A model generated the notes under the pieces. That model was not told where the DNA came from, searched no databases, and saw nothing but the letters and a program-made list of their open reading frames with translations. DNA of 64,000 bases. It comes from Calditrichales bacterium. Lineage in GTDB: Bacteria > Calditrichota > Calditrichia > Calditrichales > J004. This document shows, one piece after another, positions 46,904 through 54,836 of this stretch; within the stretch, counting starts at the first letter, position 1; each line of letters begins with the position of its first letter. The DNA is taken from the NCBI GenBank assembly GCA_965267575.1, contig OZ254086.1, positions 832,001-896,000 on the forward strand, in the 5' to 3' direction. The position numbers were made by a program, and so were the translations under genes.

Positions 46904-48283
46904 CTAAACCGTAAAAACCTTCCCGGGGTTGAGGATCATATTGGGGTCTAGCGCCTGTTTGATTTGGCGCATGGCCTCCAATCCCGGCGCATTGATCATC
47001 CGCGGAAGATATTTGCGCTTGGCCAAACCGACGCCGTGTTCGCCGGTGATCGTACCGCCCATTTCGATCGTGGCCTCATAAAGCTCATCAAAAAAACGTT
47101 CCACACGCTCGATCTCTTCTTTATCGCGCTCATCGGTCAAAACCGTAGGATGCATATTCCCGTCCCCGGCATGCCCGAACAGTCCCACCTGCAGCTTGTA
47201 GCGTTCGGTGAGCTCCTCCACCACCTTTACCAGGTCGGCAAGACGCGAGCGGGGAACGGTAGCATCTTCCAGAATGGTTGTTGGTTTCACCCGGGCCAGC
47301 GCAGAAAAAGCAGCGCGTCGGGCCGTTTTCAGTTGATCGGCATGCTGTTCATCGCGGGCCACAATCACTTCCCGGGCTTTATTTTTAGACAGGATGTTCG
47401 ACATGGCCTGCACCTCTTCTTCCACCTGGCCGGGATGGCCGTCGCTTTCCACCAGCAGCAGGGCTCCGGCTTCGGTTGGCAAACCAATAGCAGCAAACTC
47501 CTCCACGCAGCGGATCGTCGTTTTATCCAGGAACTCCATCGTGCAGGGGACAATGTGCGCCGCGATAATATCCGATACGCTTTGTGCCGCGTCGCTCATC
47601 GACTCAAAATAGGCCAGCACGGTTCTGGCACTGCGCGGCTTTGGAATTAGCTTGAGCAGTATGCGGCAAAAAATGCCCAGAGTGCCTTCGGAACCGATCA
47701 GCAGATCACGCAGGTTGTATCCGGCCACGTCCTTAACATTCTTACCGCCACAGTAAACCATGTCGCCATTGGCCAAAACCGCCTCTATGCCCATCACGTA
47801 ATCCCGCGTGACGCCGTACTTGAGCCCGCGCAGGCCGCCTGCATTTTCGGCTACGTTGCCGCCGATGGTGCAAATTTTCTGGCTGCCCGGGTCCGGCGGG
47901 TAGAAAAGGCCTTCTTTCTCCACTGCCTTATGAAAATCCTGCGTGCGCACACCGGGCTGCACCCAGGCCGTCATGTTGGCTTTATCTATTTCCAAGATTT
48001 TATTCCAGCGGTGCATCAGCAGAACGATACTGTTTTCCACGGGGATGGAGCCACCGCTCAAACCGGTTCCCGCACCGCGCACAACAACGGCAAATTTCTC
48101 TTTATTCGCAAGGCGCACGATTTCCCGGATCTGTTCCGTATTTTCAGGCATAACGGCAGCAAGCGGCTTTTGCTGCAGCATGGGCGTGCCGTCGTAGGCG
48201 TAAAGCAGCTTGTCCTCATCCGAATCAAGAACAGCTTTTGACCCTACGATTTTTCTGAGATCATCTGATATTGACATATTCAT
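46904..48283 (-). CDS. glcD: FAD-linked oxidase (GlcD-like)
   Basis: RGAGTGLSGG, YPPDPGS, GGNVAENAGG..KYGVT, HAGDGNMH, GEHGVG. Confidence 0.9.
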   Translation of the reverse strand: MNMSISDDLRKIVGSKAVLDSDEDKLLYAYDGTPMLQQKPLAAVMPENTEQIREIVRLANKEKFAVVVRGAGTGLSGGSIPVENSIVLLMHRWNKILEIDKANMTAWVQPGVRTQDFHKAVEKEGLFYPPDPGSQKICTIGGNVAENAGGLRGLKYGVTRDYVMGIEAVLANGDMVYCGGKNVKDVAGYNLRDLLIGSEGTLGIFCRILLKLIPKPRSARTVLAYFESMSDAAQSVSDIIAAHIVPCTMEFLDKTTIRCVEEFAAIGLPTEAGALLLVESDGHPGQVEEEVQAMSNILSKNKAREVIVARDEQHADQLKTARRAAFSALARVKPTTILEDATVPRSRLADLVKVVEELTERYKLQVGLFGHAGDGNMHPTVLTDERDKEEIERVERFFDELYEATIEMGGTITGEHGVGLAKRKYLPRMINAPGLEAMRQIKQALDPNMILNPGKVFTV

Positions 48284-48448
48284 AGTACGAAGGTTGACAT
48301 TTGCAACAGAGAACAAGTGGACATTTTTGCTAATACAACATTAACATTTTTTAAGTCTATTCTTTTGATTTCATATCGATCAAGGTTATAGGCTTTAAAA
48401 ATCAGTACAACTTAAAACACTCTTGAAATAAAAATATAAGAAACGGGC

Positions 48449-48485
48449 AAAAAAAATTCCCTTCTCAAAACGAAAAGGGAATTTT
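48449..48485 (-). terminator. Terminator
   Basis: AAAATTCCCTT...AAGGGAATTTT downstream of the 48516-48920 gene. Confidence 0.6.
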
Positions 48486-48515
48486 AATTTTCATATTTAA
48501 CATTTTTTATAACTA

Positions 48516-48920
48516 TCAGCGGAACATCGCTTTAATGGCTCCCCATGTTCGGAAGATACCGGAAATATTGGGATGAACGATCATAGGCTCGGAAGCCACA
48601 TTTTCCAGCTGAGCCCCATCATCATTTTTGCGGACGGCAACGATCTTGTAAAAAATGGCCCCGCTGAAATTTACCAAGACATCTTTATCTTCATATTGAT
48701 AGCGATGACCGGGTCCCTGAATATCAACTGTTGCCAGCTCCACATAATTGCTGCCATTCATGCTGCGTTGGATGGCAAAATGCTTTACGCCAATTTCGCT
48801 TTTGGTAATCCAGTTTATTACAACCTGATTGCCTTCGGGCAGGGCGCTGTATTCGGTAAAAACTTCCGAAGCGTAGAGAGAAGCAACAAGCAGAATGGAT
48901 ATGATCAGAGATTTTTTCAT
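48516..48920 (-). CDS. Small secreted FN3/Ig-like protein ending in TWGAIKAMFR
   Basis: Signal peptide; VVINWITKSE..FAIQRS..YQYED..FYKIVAV pattern; C-terminal TWGxIK motif. Confidence 0.7.
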   Translation of the reverse strand: MKKSLIISILLVASLYASEVFTEYSALPEGNQVVINWITKSEIGVKHFAIQRSMNGSNYVELATVDIQGPGHRYQYEDKDVLVNFSGAIFYKIVAVRKNDDGAQLENVASEPMIVHPNISGIFRTWGAIKAMFR

Positions 48921-48985
48921 GTATTTTTCACGTTGCAGCTAAAAAGTATTTTAATATAAGATATATGAATTACAAAGCAAGCATT

Positions 48986-49798
48986 TTATATTGCTGACGC
49001 GCCGTTACGATAAGTCACGCGCTGCGTTTTTTGCACTTCTTTGCCTATGTACAATAACGAATCCGAGCGGCCAATCCACTCCACGCTCTTAAGCGAATCG
49101 TTCATTAACAACTTAAGCGCCTGATCGGTTTTAAAATGCCGGGCGTGTATAAAACCTCCAAAGCGCGGGCCAATGTCCACATAAGCGGTAATAAAAATAT
49201 TCTCCGGCCAATAGGATCGGCCTGGATTATCAAACAGCATCTGTACATTCAGAGCTTCCCGGTTAATCTTGTTCACAACGCCTTCGTACAGATCTCCTTT
49301 CAGGCTCAGGGACGTCTTCTGGCCTTCTTCCAGGTAGCCGAGGACAGATTGCTGCTTTATCCTTGCTTCGAGCAGGAGCATTTTGTTATCGGCAATCGTA
49401 AGCAGAGGTGCCTCGCGGGGATAGATAGCCCCGGCACGGGCACGCACGCCGATCACTGTTCCGTCAAATGAGGCGTAATAATTAGCCGGCGTATACTCCC
49501 GGTCATTCCAGAGATCCCATACGCTGAGTAATAGATCCCCCTTTTTTACGTTTTGTCCTTTTTCGACGAGCACGGTAATCACCCTCAGCGAATCGAAAGC
49601 CTTCAGCGTTTCCTGGCGGTACGGGTCAAGGTAACCGGAAACGGGGACACGCACATCCAATGTATCATATACAATTGTAATCGAATCGCTGTAAGCGACG
49701 CTTTCCATCTTTATCCTTGCGGCGTTGTCATCCTTTTGACTACAGCCGTAAACGGCGAGACAGAAAAGTAAAAAAATTGTTATGAAATAGTTTTTCAT
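48986..49798 (-). CDS. Divergent periplasmic adaptor (membrane fusion protein-like) lipoprotein
   Basis: Lipobox AVYGC; VEKGQNVKKGDLL and YASFDGTV lipoyl half-motifs. Confidence 0.6.
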   Translation of the reverse strand: MKNYFITIFLLFCLAVYGCSQKDDNAARIKMESVAYSDSITIVYDTLDVRVPVSGYLDPYRQETLKAFDSLRVITVLVEKGQNVKKGDLLLSVWDLWNDREYTPANYYASFDGTVIGVRARAGAIYPREAPLLTIADNKMLLLEARIKQQSVLGYLEEGQKTSLSLKGDLYEGVVNKINREALNVQMLFDNPGRSYWPENIFITAYVDIGPRFGGFIHARHFKTDQALKLLMNDSLKSVEWIGRSDSLLYIGKEVQKTQRVTYRNGASAI

Positions 49799-49923
49799 TG
49801 CGCCTGTTTGAACCTTATTCTGGAGAAACAGAAGCCATATTAATGGCTGTGAATTTAACGATAAAATATATCCGCCAAAAATGAGATGAGTGTGATTTAT
49901 TCGTGATAACTGCCCACTAAAAT

Positions 49924-49952
49924 TTGCGTGAACGGGTTTTCGGCATTATAAT
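49924..49952 (+). promoter_or_regulatory. Sigma70-type promoter for the EGKCG-repeat gene
   Basis: TTGCGT-N17-TATAAT; AGGAGG RBS before 50007. Confidence 0.65.
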
Positions 49953-50006
49953 CGCCAACCCATTAAATTATTCAAATCCAAGTCCCTAATTAACCAGGAG
50001 GTATAA

Positions 50007-50432
50007 ATGAAGTTACTGAATAAACTGAGCGCCGGCACATTAATAATGGCTGCCATGCTCGCTTTCCTGCTCACCTCAACGGTATCAGCCGGCAGCTATA
50101 CCGTAGCAGGCGATGATGTCATCGCCCTGAAGTGTTCAGGTGAAGAAAAGGCTGAGAAGAAAGCCGAAAAGAAAGCGGAAAAAGCCGAAGGCGAAAAAGC
50201 CGCTGAACACAAGTGCGGTGAAGGCAAGTGCGGCGGAGAAGAGAAAAAAGCCGACAAGAAAGCCGAGAAAAAAGCTGAAGGCGAAAAAGCCGCTGAAGCT
50301 AAGTGTGGCGAAGGTAAATGCGGTGAAGGCAAATGTGGCGGAGAAGCGAAAAAAGCTGAAAAGAAAGCTGACAAAAAAGAGGAAAAAGCTGCCGAAGCCA
50401 AATGTGGCGAAGGCAAATGCGGCCTTTACTAA
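50007..50432 (+). CDS. HvfA-like EGKCG-repeat secreted peptide (candidate RiPP metallophore precursor)
   Basis: Signal peptide, Lys/Glu/Ala-rich spacers, 8 Cys, 7 of them in KCG (4x EGKCG, 3x E(H/A)KCG). Confidence 0.8.
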   Translation: MKLLNKLSAGTLIMAAMLAFLLTSTVSAGSYTVAGDDVIALKCSGEEKAEKKAEKKAEKAEGEKAAEHKCGEGKCGGEEKKADKKAEKKAEGEKAAEAKCGEGKCGEGKCGGEAKKAEKKADKKEEKAAEAKCGEGKCGLY

Positions 50433-50448
50433 GCCTTCATTGAATCTC

Positions 50449-50481
50449 AAAAACGCGGAGACTTTCTCCGCGTTTTTTTTT
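50449..50481 (+). terminator. Rho-independent terminator
   Basis: AAAAACGCGGAGA-CTT-TCTCCGCG followed by a long T-run. Confidence 0.85.
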
Positions 50482-50566
50482 GCCCAAAACCTGTTATGAA
50501 AGCAGTTGCTGTTAATAGTAACTTTTTCCCAAATTGGTCTGAAAAAAATTTTAGCCCGCATCTCGC

Positions 50567-52051
50567 ATGGAAACCACAAGCGCTTTCAGACTTATCTTCC
50601 TGGTTTATACGGTAATTGTTCTATATATCGGCTGGAGAAACTGGCGAAAACGAGCGGCCTACTCAGGGGACAATGACATCTTCTGGTCCGCGGGCAAAAA
50701 GCTCTCCGCATGGAGCGTCGGTTTTTCGATTAGCGCAGGTATGATGTCGATCAGCTGGTCCTGTGTTTATGGCGTGCAACTGTTTTACTGGTATGGCCCC
50801 GGTGCCGTTTGGTTGCTGATCATCCCCTGGTTAACAATCTTATTTTTGCTTTTCTTTTTGTCTCCCCTGTTCAGGAAAAACCGCGTTTTTTCTCAGCCGG
50901 CATTGCTGGCACAAAAATTCGGCCGGCGTTCACGCGTCTTTCTGGCGCCGGTTTTGTTTGTGGTATTTTTAATCTGGGGCGGTGCCGAGATATTTGCCGC
51001 AGGCCAGATTTTGGCCGCTTTTTTGGATATGCCGCAGGAAGCCGTCTATGTCATCATTTCACTGGTTGTGGCCGCTTACAGTTTTGCCGGTGGCTTTTCG
51101 GCGGTTATTTCTACCGACAAGTTGCAATTTTTCCTGGTAGCCCTGTTTATCAGCGGTATTGCCTGGATTGCATTTTCCGCCCTGCCGGAAGACACCACTT
51201 TACTAAGCGCGGCCATCGAAGCGCCTAAAGCCGTTAACAACAACCCCTGGCTCAGCCCCGGCTGGCCGCTTATCATCATGACCTTTTTTGCTTATTTGCC
51301 GGGCTGGGTTGTTGAAACCGATCTTTGGGTTCGGATACAGGCGGCCAACAGCGATAAAGCAGCTAAAGGCGGTGTGCTGATCGCCGCCCTGAATTCGCTG
51401 CTTTTCGTGGGCATTATGCCCTTCATTATTGGAGTTGCCGCTCTTATCATTTACCCGGCAGTCGACGGCAGCATACCGCCGGCGCTTCAGGATGGCGCGC
51501 TTATTTTCAATACGCTGCTGCAGGACTTTGCCGCGCCCTGGCTTTCTATAATCCTGGGGCTTGGCCTGGTGGCGGCAGCCATGTCGACAATTGACACCTG
51601 CGCTCATGTGGCTTCCCTCTCCCTTTCACACGATCTGTTGGAGCCGCTGCTGCAAAATAAAAAGGGCCCTGTAAAAAGAGACACTGTCGCCCGCTGGATA
51701 GCTGCCTTCACCGTGTTACTTTCGATGATTTATGCCTTTTTCACAGACAGCCTGTGGGATATCTTCTACCTCTCTTCCGGTATTTTAACCACAACTGTCT
51801 TTTTACCAATTGTCGCCGTCTTTTTGCCCGGCACGCATCCCCGGCAGGTTAACATTACTCTTGCATCAGGGTTTATGTCCACTATCGTGTTTTATTTTTT
51901 GGAGAAGTACGGTTTTATGACGTGGCAGCCGGCAGCTTTGGCTGAAACGGGGCTGGGTTATATATTTTGGGGATTTATTGCGGCATTTATAGTTTTTGCA
52001 GTAGTGGGAGGCCGGAATTTGCAGACTGTGATTTCTTATTCTAAGAAGTAA
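50567..52051 (+). CDS. Sodium:solute symporter (SSS) family protein
   Basis: About 13 TM helices; FWSAGKKL, YSFAGGFSAVISTDKLQF, AAAMSTIDT. Confidence 0.88.
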   Translation: METTSAFRLIFLVYTVIVLYIGWRNWRKRAAYSGDNDIFWSAGKKLSAWSVGFSISAGMMSISWSCVYGVQLFYWYGPGAVWLLIIPWLTILFLLFFLSPLFRKNRVFSQPALLAQKFGRRSRVFLAPVLFVVFLIWGGAEIFAAGQILAAFLDMPQEAVYVIISLVVAAYSFAGGFSAVISTDKLQFFLVALFISGIAWIAFSALPEDTTLLSAAIEAPKAVNNNPWLSPGWPLIIMTFFAYLPGWVVETDLWVRIQAANSDKAAKGGVLIAALNSLLFVGIMPFIIGVAALIIYPAVDGSIPPALQDGALIFNTLLQDFAAPWLSIILGLGLVAAAMSTIDTCAHVASLSLSHDLLEPLLQNKKGPVKRDTVARWIAAFTVLLSMIYAFFTDSLWDIFYLSSGILTTTVFLPIVAVFLPGTHPRQVNITLASGFMSTIVFYFLEKYGFMTWQPAALAETGLGYIFWGFIAAFIVFAVVGGRNLQTVISYSKK

Positions 52052-52099
52052 CGTTGATTAATAGTATTAGAGTATATTTCTTTACTTTATATCCACTAT

Positions 52100-52116
52100 T
52101 TTTCATATATTTGCAC
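52100..52116 (+). promoter_or_regulatory. 17-bp promoter-like motif, copy 1
   Basis: TTTTCATATATTTGCAC, identical to 52896-52912. Confidence 0.6.
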
Positions 52117-52174
52117 GTCCTTTTTAATAAACTACCTTGTGTCACATCTTAAACAATCCTAAGGAGGATTTGGT

Positions 52175-52756
52175 ATGAAGAAGGCTTTAATTGTAGTAAT
52201 TACTTTGCTTGGACTTAGCTCCTTAAGCTTTGCCCAAAGCGGGATATCTATTGGTTTGCATAGTGGTTTACTTTTATCAGCTTTTGAGGATCAAGAAAAG
52301 TCCGGAACCGCTATCCCACTTGGTGCAAATGTTGGACTTTATGTTGCTGAAAATATTCAGATTGGAGCAGAATTTAGTTTTTTAGTCTCATCGTTTGAAG
52401 CTGAATTCGAGGAGTTTCAGGGCCAACCAACAAATCCTTATGATCTTGAGGTAACGCAAACTGCTATCGGGGCATTTGGCAGATATATTCTTCCTACAAG
52501 TGGTGTAAAATCGTATATAAAAGCAGGCATAGGGATGTATATGGGCGAAGCGGAAGCGAGCGGTGGAGTAGTTGGAGAAGAAGATTTTGAAAGTGCTTTT
52601 GGATTTAATATCGGTGGCGGAATAAAAACAGCTATGGGTATTTATGCAGAATTTGTTTTTCACATTGTAAGCCGTGAACTGGATGTGGCGGGTGTTTCTT
52701 CTCAAGGTTACAACAACTGGGGCTTTTTGGTAGGATACGACATCCCTTTGAATTAA
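52175..52756 (+). CDS. Outer-membrane beta-barrel protein (OmpA/OmpW-like)
   Basis: Signal peptide, YIKAGIG, FGFNIGGG, terminal aromatic strand. Confidence 0.75.
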   Translation: MKKALIVVITLLGLSSLSFAQSGISIGLHSGLLLSAFEDQEKSGTAIPLGANVGLYVAENIQIGAEFSFLVSSFEAEFEEFQGQPTNPYDLEVTQTAIGAFGRYILPTSGVKSYIKAGIGMYMGEAEASGGVVGEEDFESAFGFNIGGGIKTAMGIYAEFVFHIVSRELDVAGVSSQGYNNWGFLVGYDIPLN

Positions 52757-52775
52757 TATTAGTGAATTCAGCTTT

Positions 52776-52803
52776 AGGGGGACAGATACGGTCCCCTTTT
52801 TTT
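52776..52803 (+). terminator. Rho-independent terminator
   Basis: GGGGAC...GTCCCC plus T-run. Confidence 0.75.
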
Positions 52804-52895
52804 TGCCAACTAATGGTATTTCTTTTTTAGGATGTTAAAAATATATGAAGGTTTTGTGGCAACGCTAACATCCCGGCACTTTACAGACATTCAAA

Positions 52896-52912
52896 TTTTC
52901 ATATATTTGCAC
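52896..52912 (+). promoter_or_regulatory. 17-bp promoter-like motif, copy 2
   Basis: TTTTCATATATTTGCAC. Confidence 0.6.
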
Positions 52913-52967
52913 AACTCAAATATTTCACTTCAACTAAACCAACAATAATGCACAGGAGGCAATTGGT

Positions 52968-53486
52968 ATGAAGAAGTCTATTGTTACGGTATTTACAGTA
53001 TTATTAATGAGCGCCTTTTCTTTCGGGCAGGGCCTGGGATTAAATTCCATTACGGCCAAGGCTGGCGTAATCATGCCGGAAGATCCGTGGGAAACGGGTT
53101 TCCATATTGGAGCTAAAGCAGATATGGGCCAGCTTACCGATAATATTAACCTGGTTCCTTTTGCTGAATACTGGTCATCAAGCTATGATTTTGGTGGCGC
53201 CTCACTTGATCTTACGAACTTCAAAATCGGTGCCGCGGGTCATTACATGATTCCCGACGTTTCCGGGCTTTATGCCGGAGCTGGCCTTTCACTTAACTTT
53301 TTAAGTTTTGACATTCCCGGTCTTGGTGCATTCGGCTCTGGGTCGAATACAGAATTTGGGCTGAATGTTTTGGGCGGATACAAATTCCCCCTCGGCGGCA
53401 TGAACGGTGTGGTCGAAGCCGAATACAACCTTATGGATCTGGGTACTTTCCAGGTTGGCGTTGGTGTTGAATTTGATATGAATTAG
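52968..53486 (+). CDS. Outer-membrane beta-barrel protein
   Basis: Signal peptide, LYAGAGL, FGLNVLGG, terminal VGVEF. Confidence 0.75.
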   Translation: MKKSIVTVFTVLLMSAFSFGQGLGLNSITAKAGVIMPEDPWETGFHIGAKADMGQLTDNINLVPFAEYWSSSYDFGGASLDLTNFKIGAAGHYMIPDVSGLYAGAGLSLNFLSFDIPGLGAFGSGSNTEFGLNVLGGYKFPLGGMNGVVEAEYNLMDLGTFQVGVGVEFDMN

Positions 53487-53505
53487 AAGCTTTAAGCTCT
53501 CGAAC

Positions 53506-53536
53506 AAAAAAAGGCGCTCAACTGAGCGCCTTTTTT
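53506..53536. terminator. Bidirectional terminator overlapping the tpx stop codon
   Basis: A7-GGCGCTCA-AC-TGAGCGCC-T6. Confidence 0.75.
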
Positions 53537-54045
53537 ATTTCTGTATCTCCCAATGCTGCTAAAGCCTTATCATAATCCGGCTCCTGTGCGATCTGCGGAA
53601 CCTGCTCCGTGTAAATCACATCACCTTCCTCATCCAGAACAACAACGGCCCGTGCGAACAGGCCGGCCATGGAGCCATCCACCATTCTGACACCGTAGTC
53701 CTCGCCAAAGGTATGGCGCCGCAATTCGCTAACATTTACAACGCCTTCAATCCCTTCGGCAGCGCAAAAGCGCTTATGGGCAAAGGGTAAGTCCATGCTC
53801 ACATTTACAACAACAACGTTTTCCATCCCCGCCGCCTTTTCGTGGAACTTGCGTACGGACATGGCGCAAATGCCGGTATCGAGACTAGGAAAAATATTTA
53901 ACAAAACCTTTTTACCGGCAAAGTCACTCTTACGAACATCCTTGAGTTCCGTGGTTGTAAGCAAAAAGTCCGGCGCCGATGATCCGACCACGGGAAGATT
54001 ACCCACGGTATTGACTTCATTGCCCTTGTGGATGATTTTGGCCAC
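53518..54045 (-). CDS. tpx: Thiol peroxidase (atypical 2-Cys peroxiredoxin)
   Basis: NIFPSLDTGICA, SMDLPFAHKRFC, EPDYD; GTG start with GGAGG RBS. Confidence 0.95.
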   Translation of the reverse strand: MAKIIHKGNEVNTVGNLPVVGSSAPDFLLTTTELKDVRKSDFAGKKVLLNIFPSLDTGICAMSVRKFHEKAAGMENVVVVNVSMDLPFAHKRFCAAEGIEGVVNVSELRRHTFGEDYGVRMVDGSMAGLFARAVVVLDEEGDVIYTEQVPQIAQEPDYDKALAALGDTEIKKALS

Positions 54046-54077
54046 CTCAGGTCCTCCTGCATAAGTGTCTGTGTGTT

Positions 54078-54836
54078 TTAACTTAAAAGATCAATCCTGA
54101 TCCTTTCTATTTTTAAGCGTAGTTCGCTTTGCAAACGTTCGAAACTTTCCTGTCCATATGTGTAAACAATAACATCCACCGGCGTCTCATTTCCGGCGGG
54201 CTCGCCCTTGTTTATCTGCGGCTGCCTGTGCGTGACATGCCATGGCGAATTCAAAATCATGCCGGCCAGGCTTTCCAGAAAGTCATGACTCACCTTTGCC
54301 GAGGGCACCTGCAATGTAAAACTCTGGCAGGTAACCTGGCTGCCCTGCTTTTTGCTGTAGTGGATCTGGCCGGTCAATTTGCTGTAGGGCAGCTTGAGCA
54401 ACGTACCGTCATCCTCTTCCAGTTCTATAGACAGATAGCCTAACTTGCGGATACGCCCTTTGTATTCCCCGACGATAATTTGCTGGCCCGGTTCGTAAAT
54501 ATCCTGTGCGCGCAGGATGATGCCGGCGATATAGTCACGCGCGGCATACCAGCCCAGCCAGCCCATGGCAATAAACGCCAGGGCAATAAAAAAAACGCTG
54601 AAATAAAAGGGTTCGTTAAAAATCTGGCGGAAGGCCCATACCAGGAACGCCAGCCATATTAACAGCTCGATGACGGGAAACAGCCGGGCAAGCCAGGCTG
54701 CGGAAGCGCGGTTGCGTATCACGGAAATATGCAGCAGGTGGCGCGAGAAACGCACAACGACAAATACGGCAATCGCCGCAAGGAATACTTTAATAATGCC
54801 CCACTGAGGCCAATCCATCATCAGGAATTGTTCCAT
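54078..54836 (-). CDS. MscS-family small mechanosensitive channel-like protein
   Basis: 3 TM helices, ARDYIAGIIL, then beta-domain YEPGQQI..GRIRKLGYLSIEL..DGTLLKLP. Confidence 0.78.
   Translation of the reverse strand: MEQFLMMDWPQWGIIKVFLAAIAVFVVVRFSRHLLHISVIRNRASAAWLARLFPVIELLIWLAFLVWAFRQIFNEPFYFSVFFIALAFIAMGWLGWYAARDYIAGIILRAQDIYEPGQQIIVGEYKGRIRKLGYLSIELEEDDGTLLKLPYSKLTGQIHYSKKQGSQVTCQSFTLQVPSAKVSHDFLESLAGMILNSPWHVTHRQPQINKGEPAGNETPVDVIVYTYGQESFERLQSELRLKIERIRIDLLS

Noticed and set aside
45581-48283. glcD-glcF without glcE
   Set aside because: A common two-gene arrangement for FAD/Fe-S 2-hydroxyacid dehydrogenases; not unusual.
50140-50420. Repetitive DNA that could be mistaken for a CRISPR or VNTR array
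   Set aside because: The repeats are in frame, vary at synonymous positions and encode the EKKA/KCGEG peptide; no constant repeat-spacer pattern and no cas genes.
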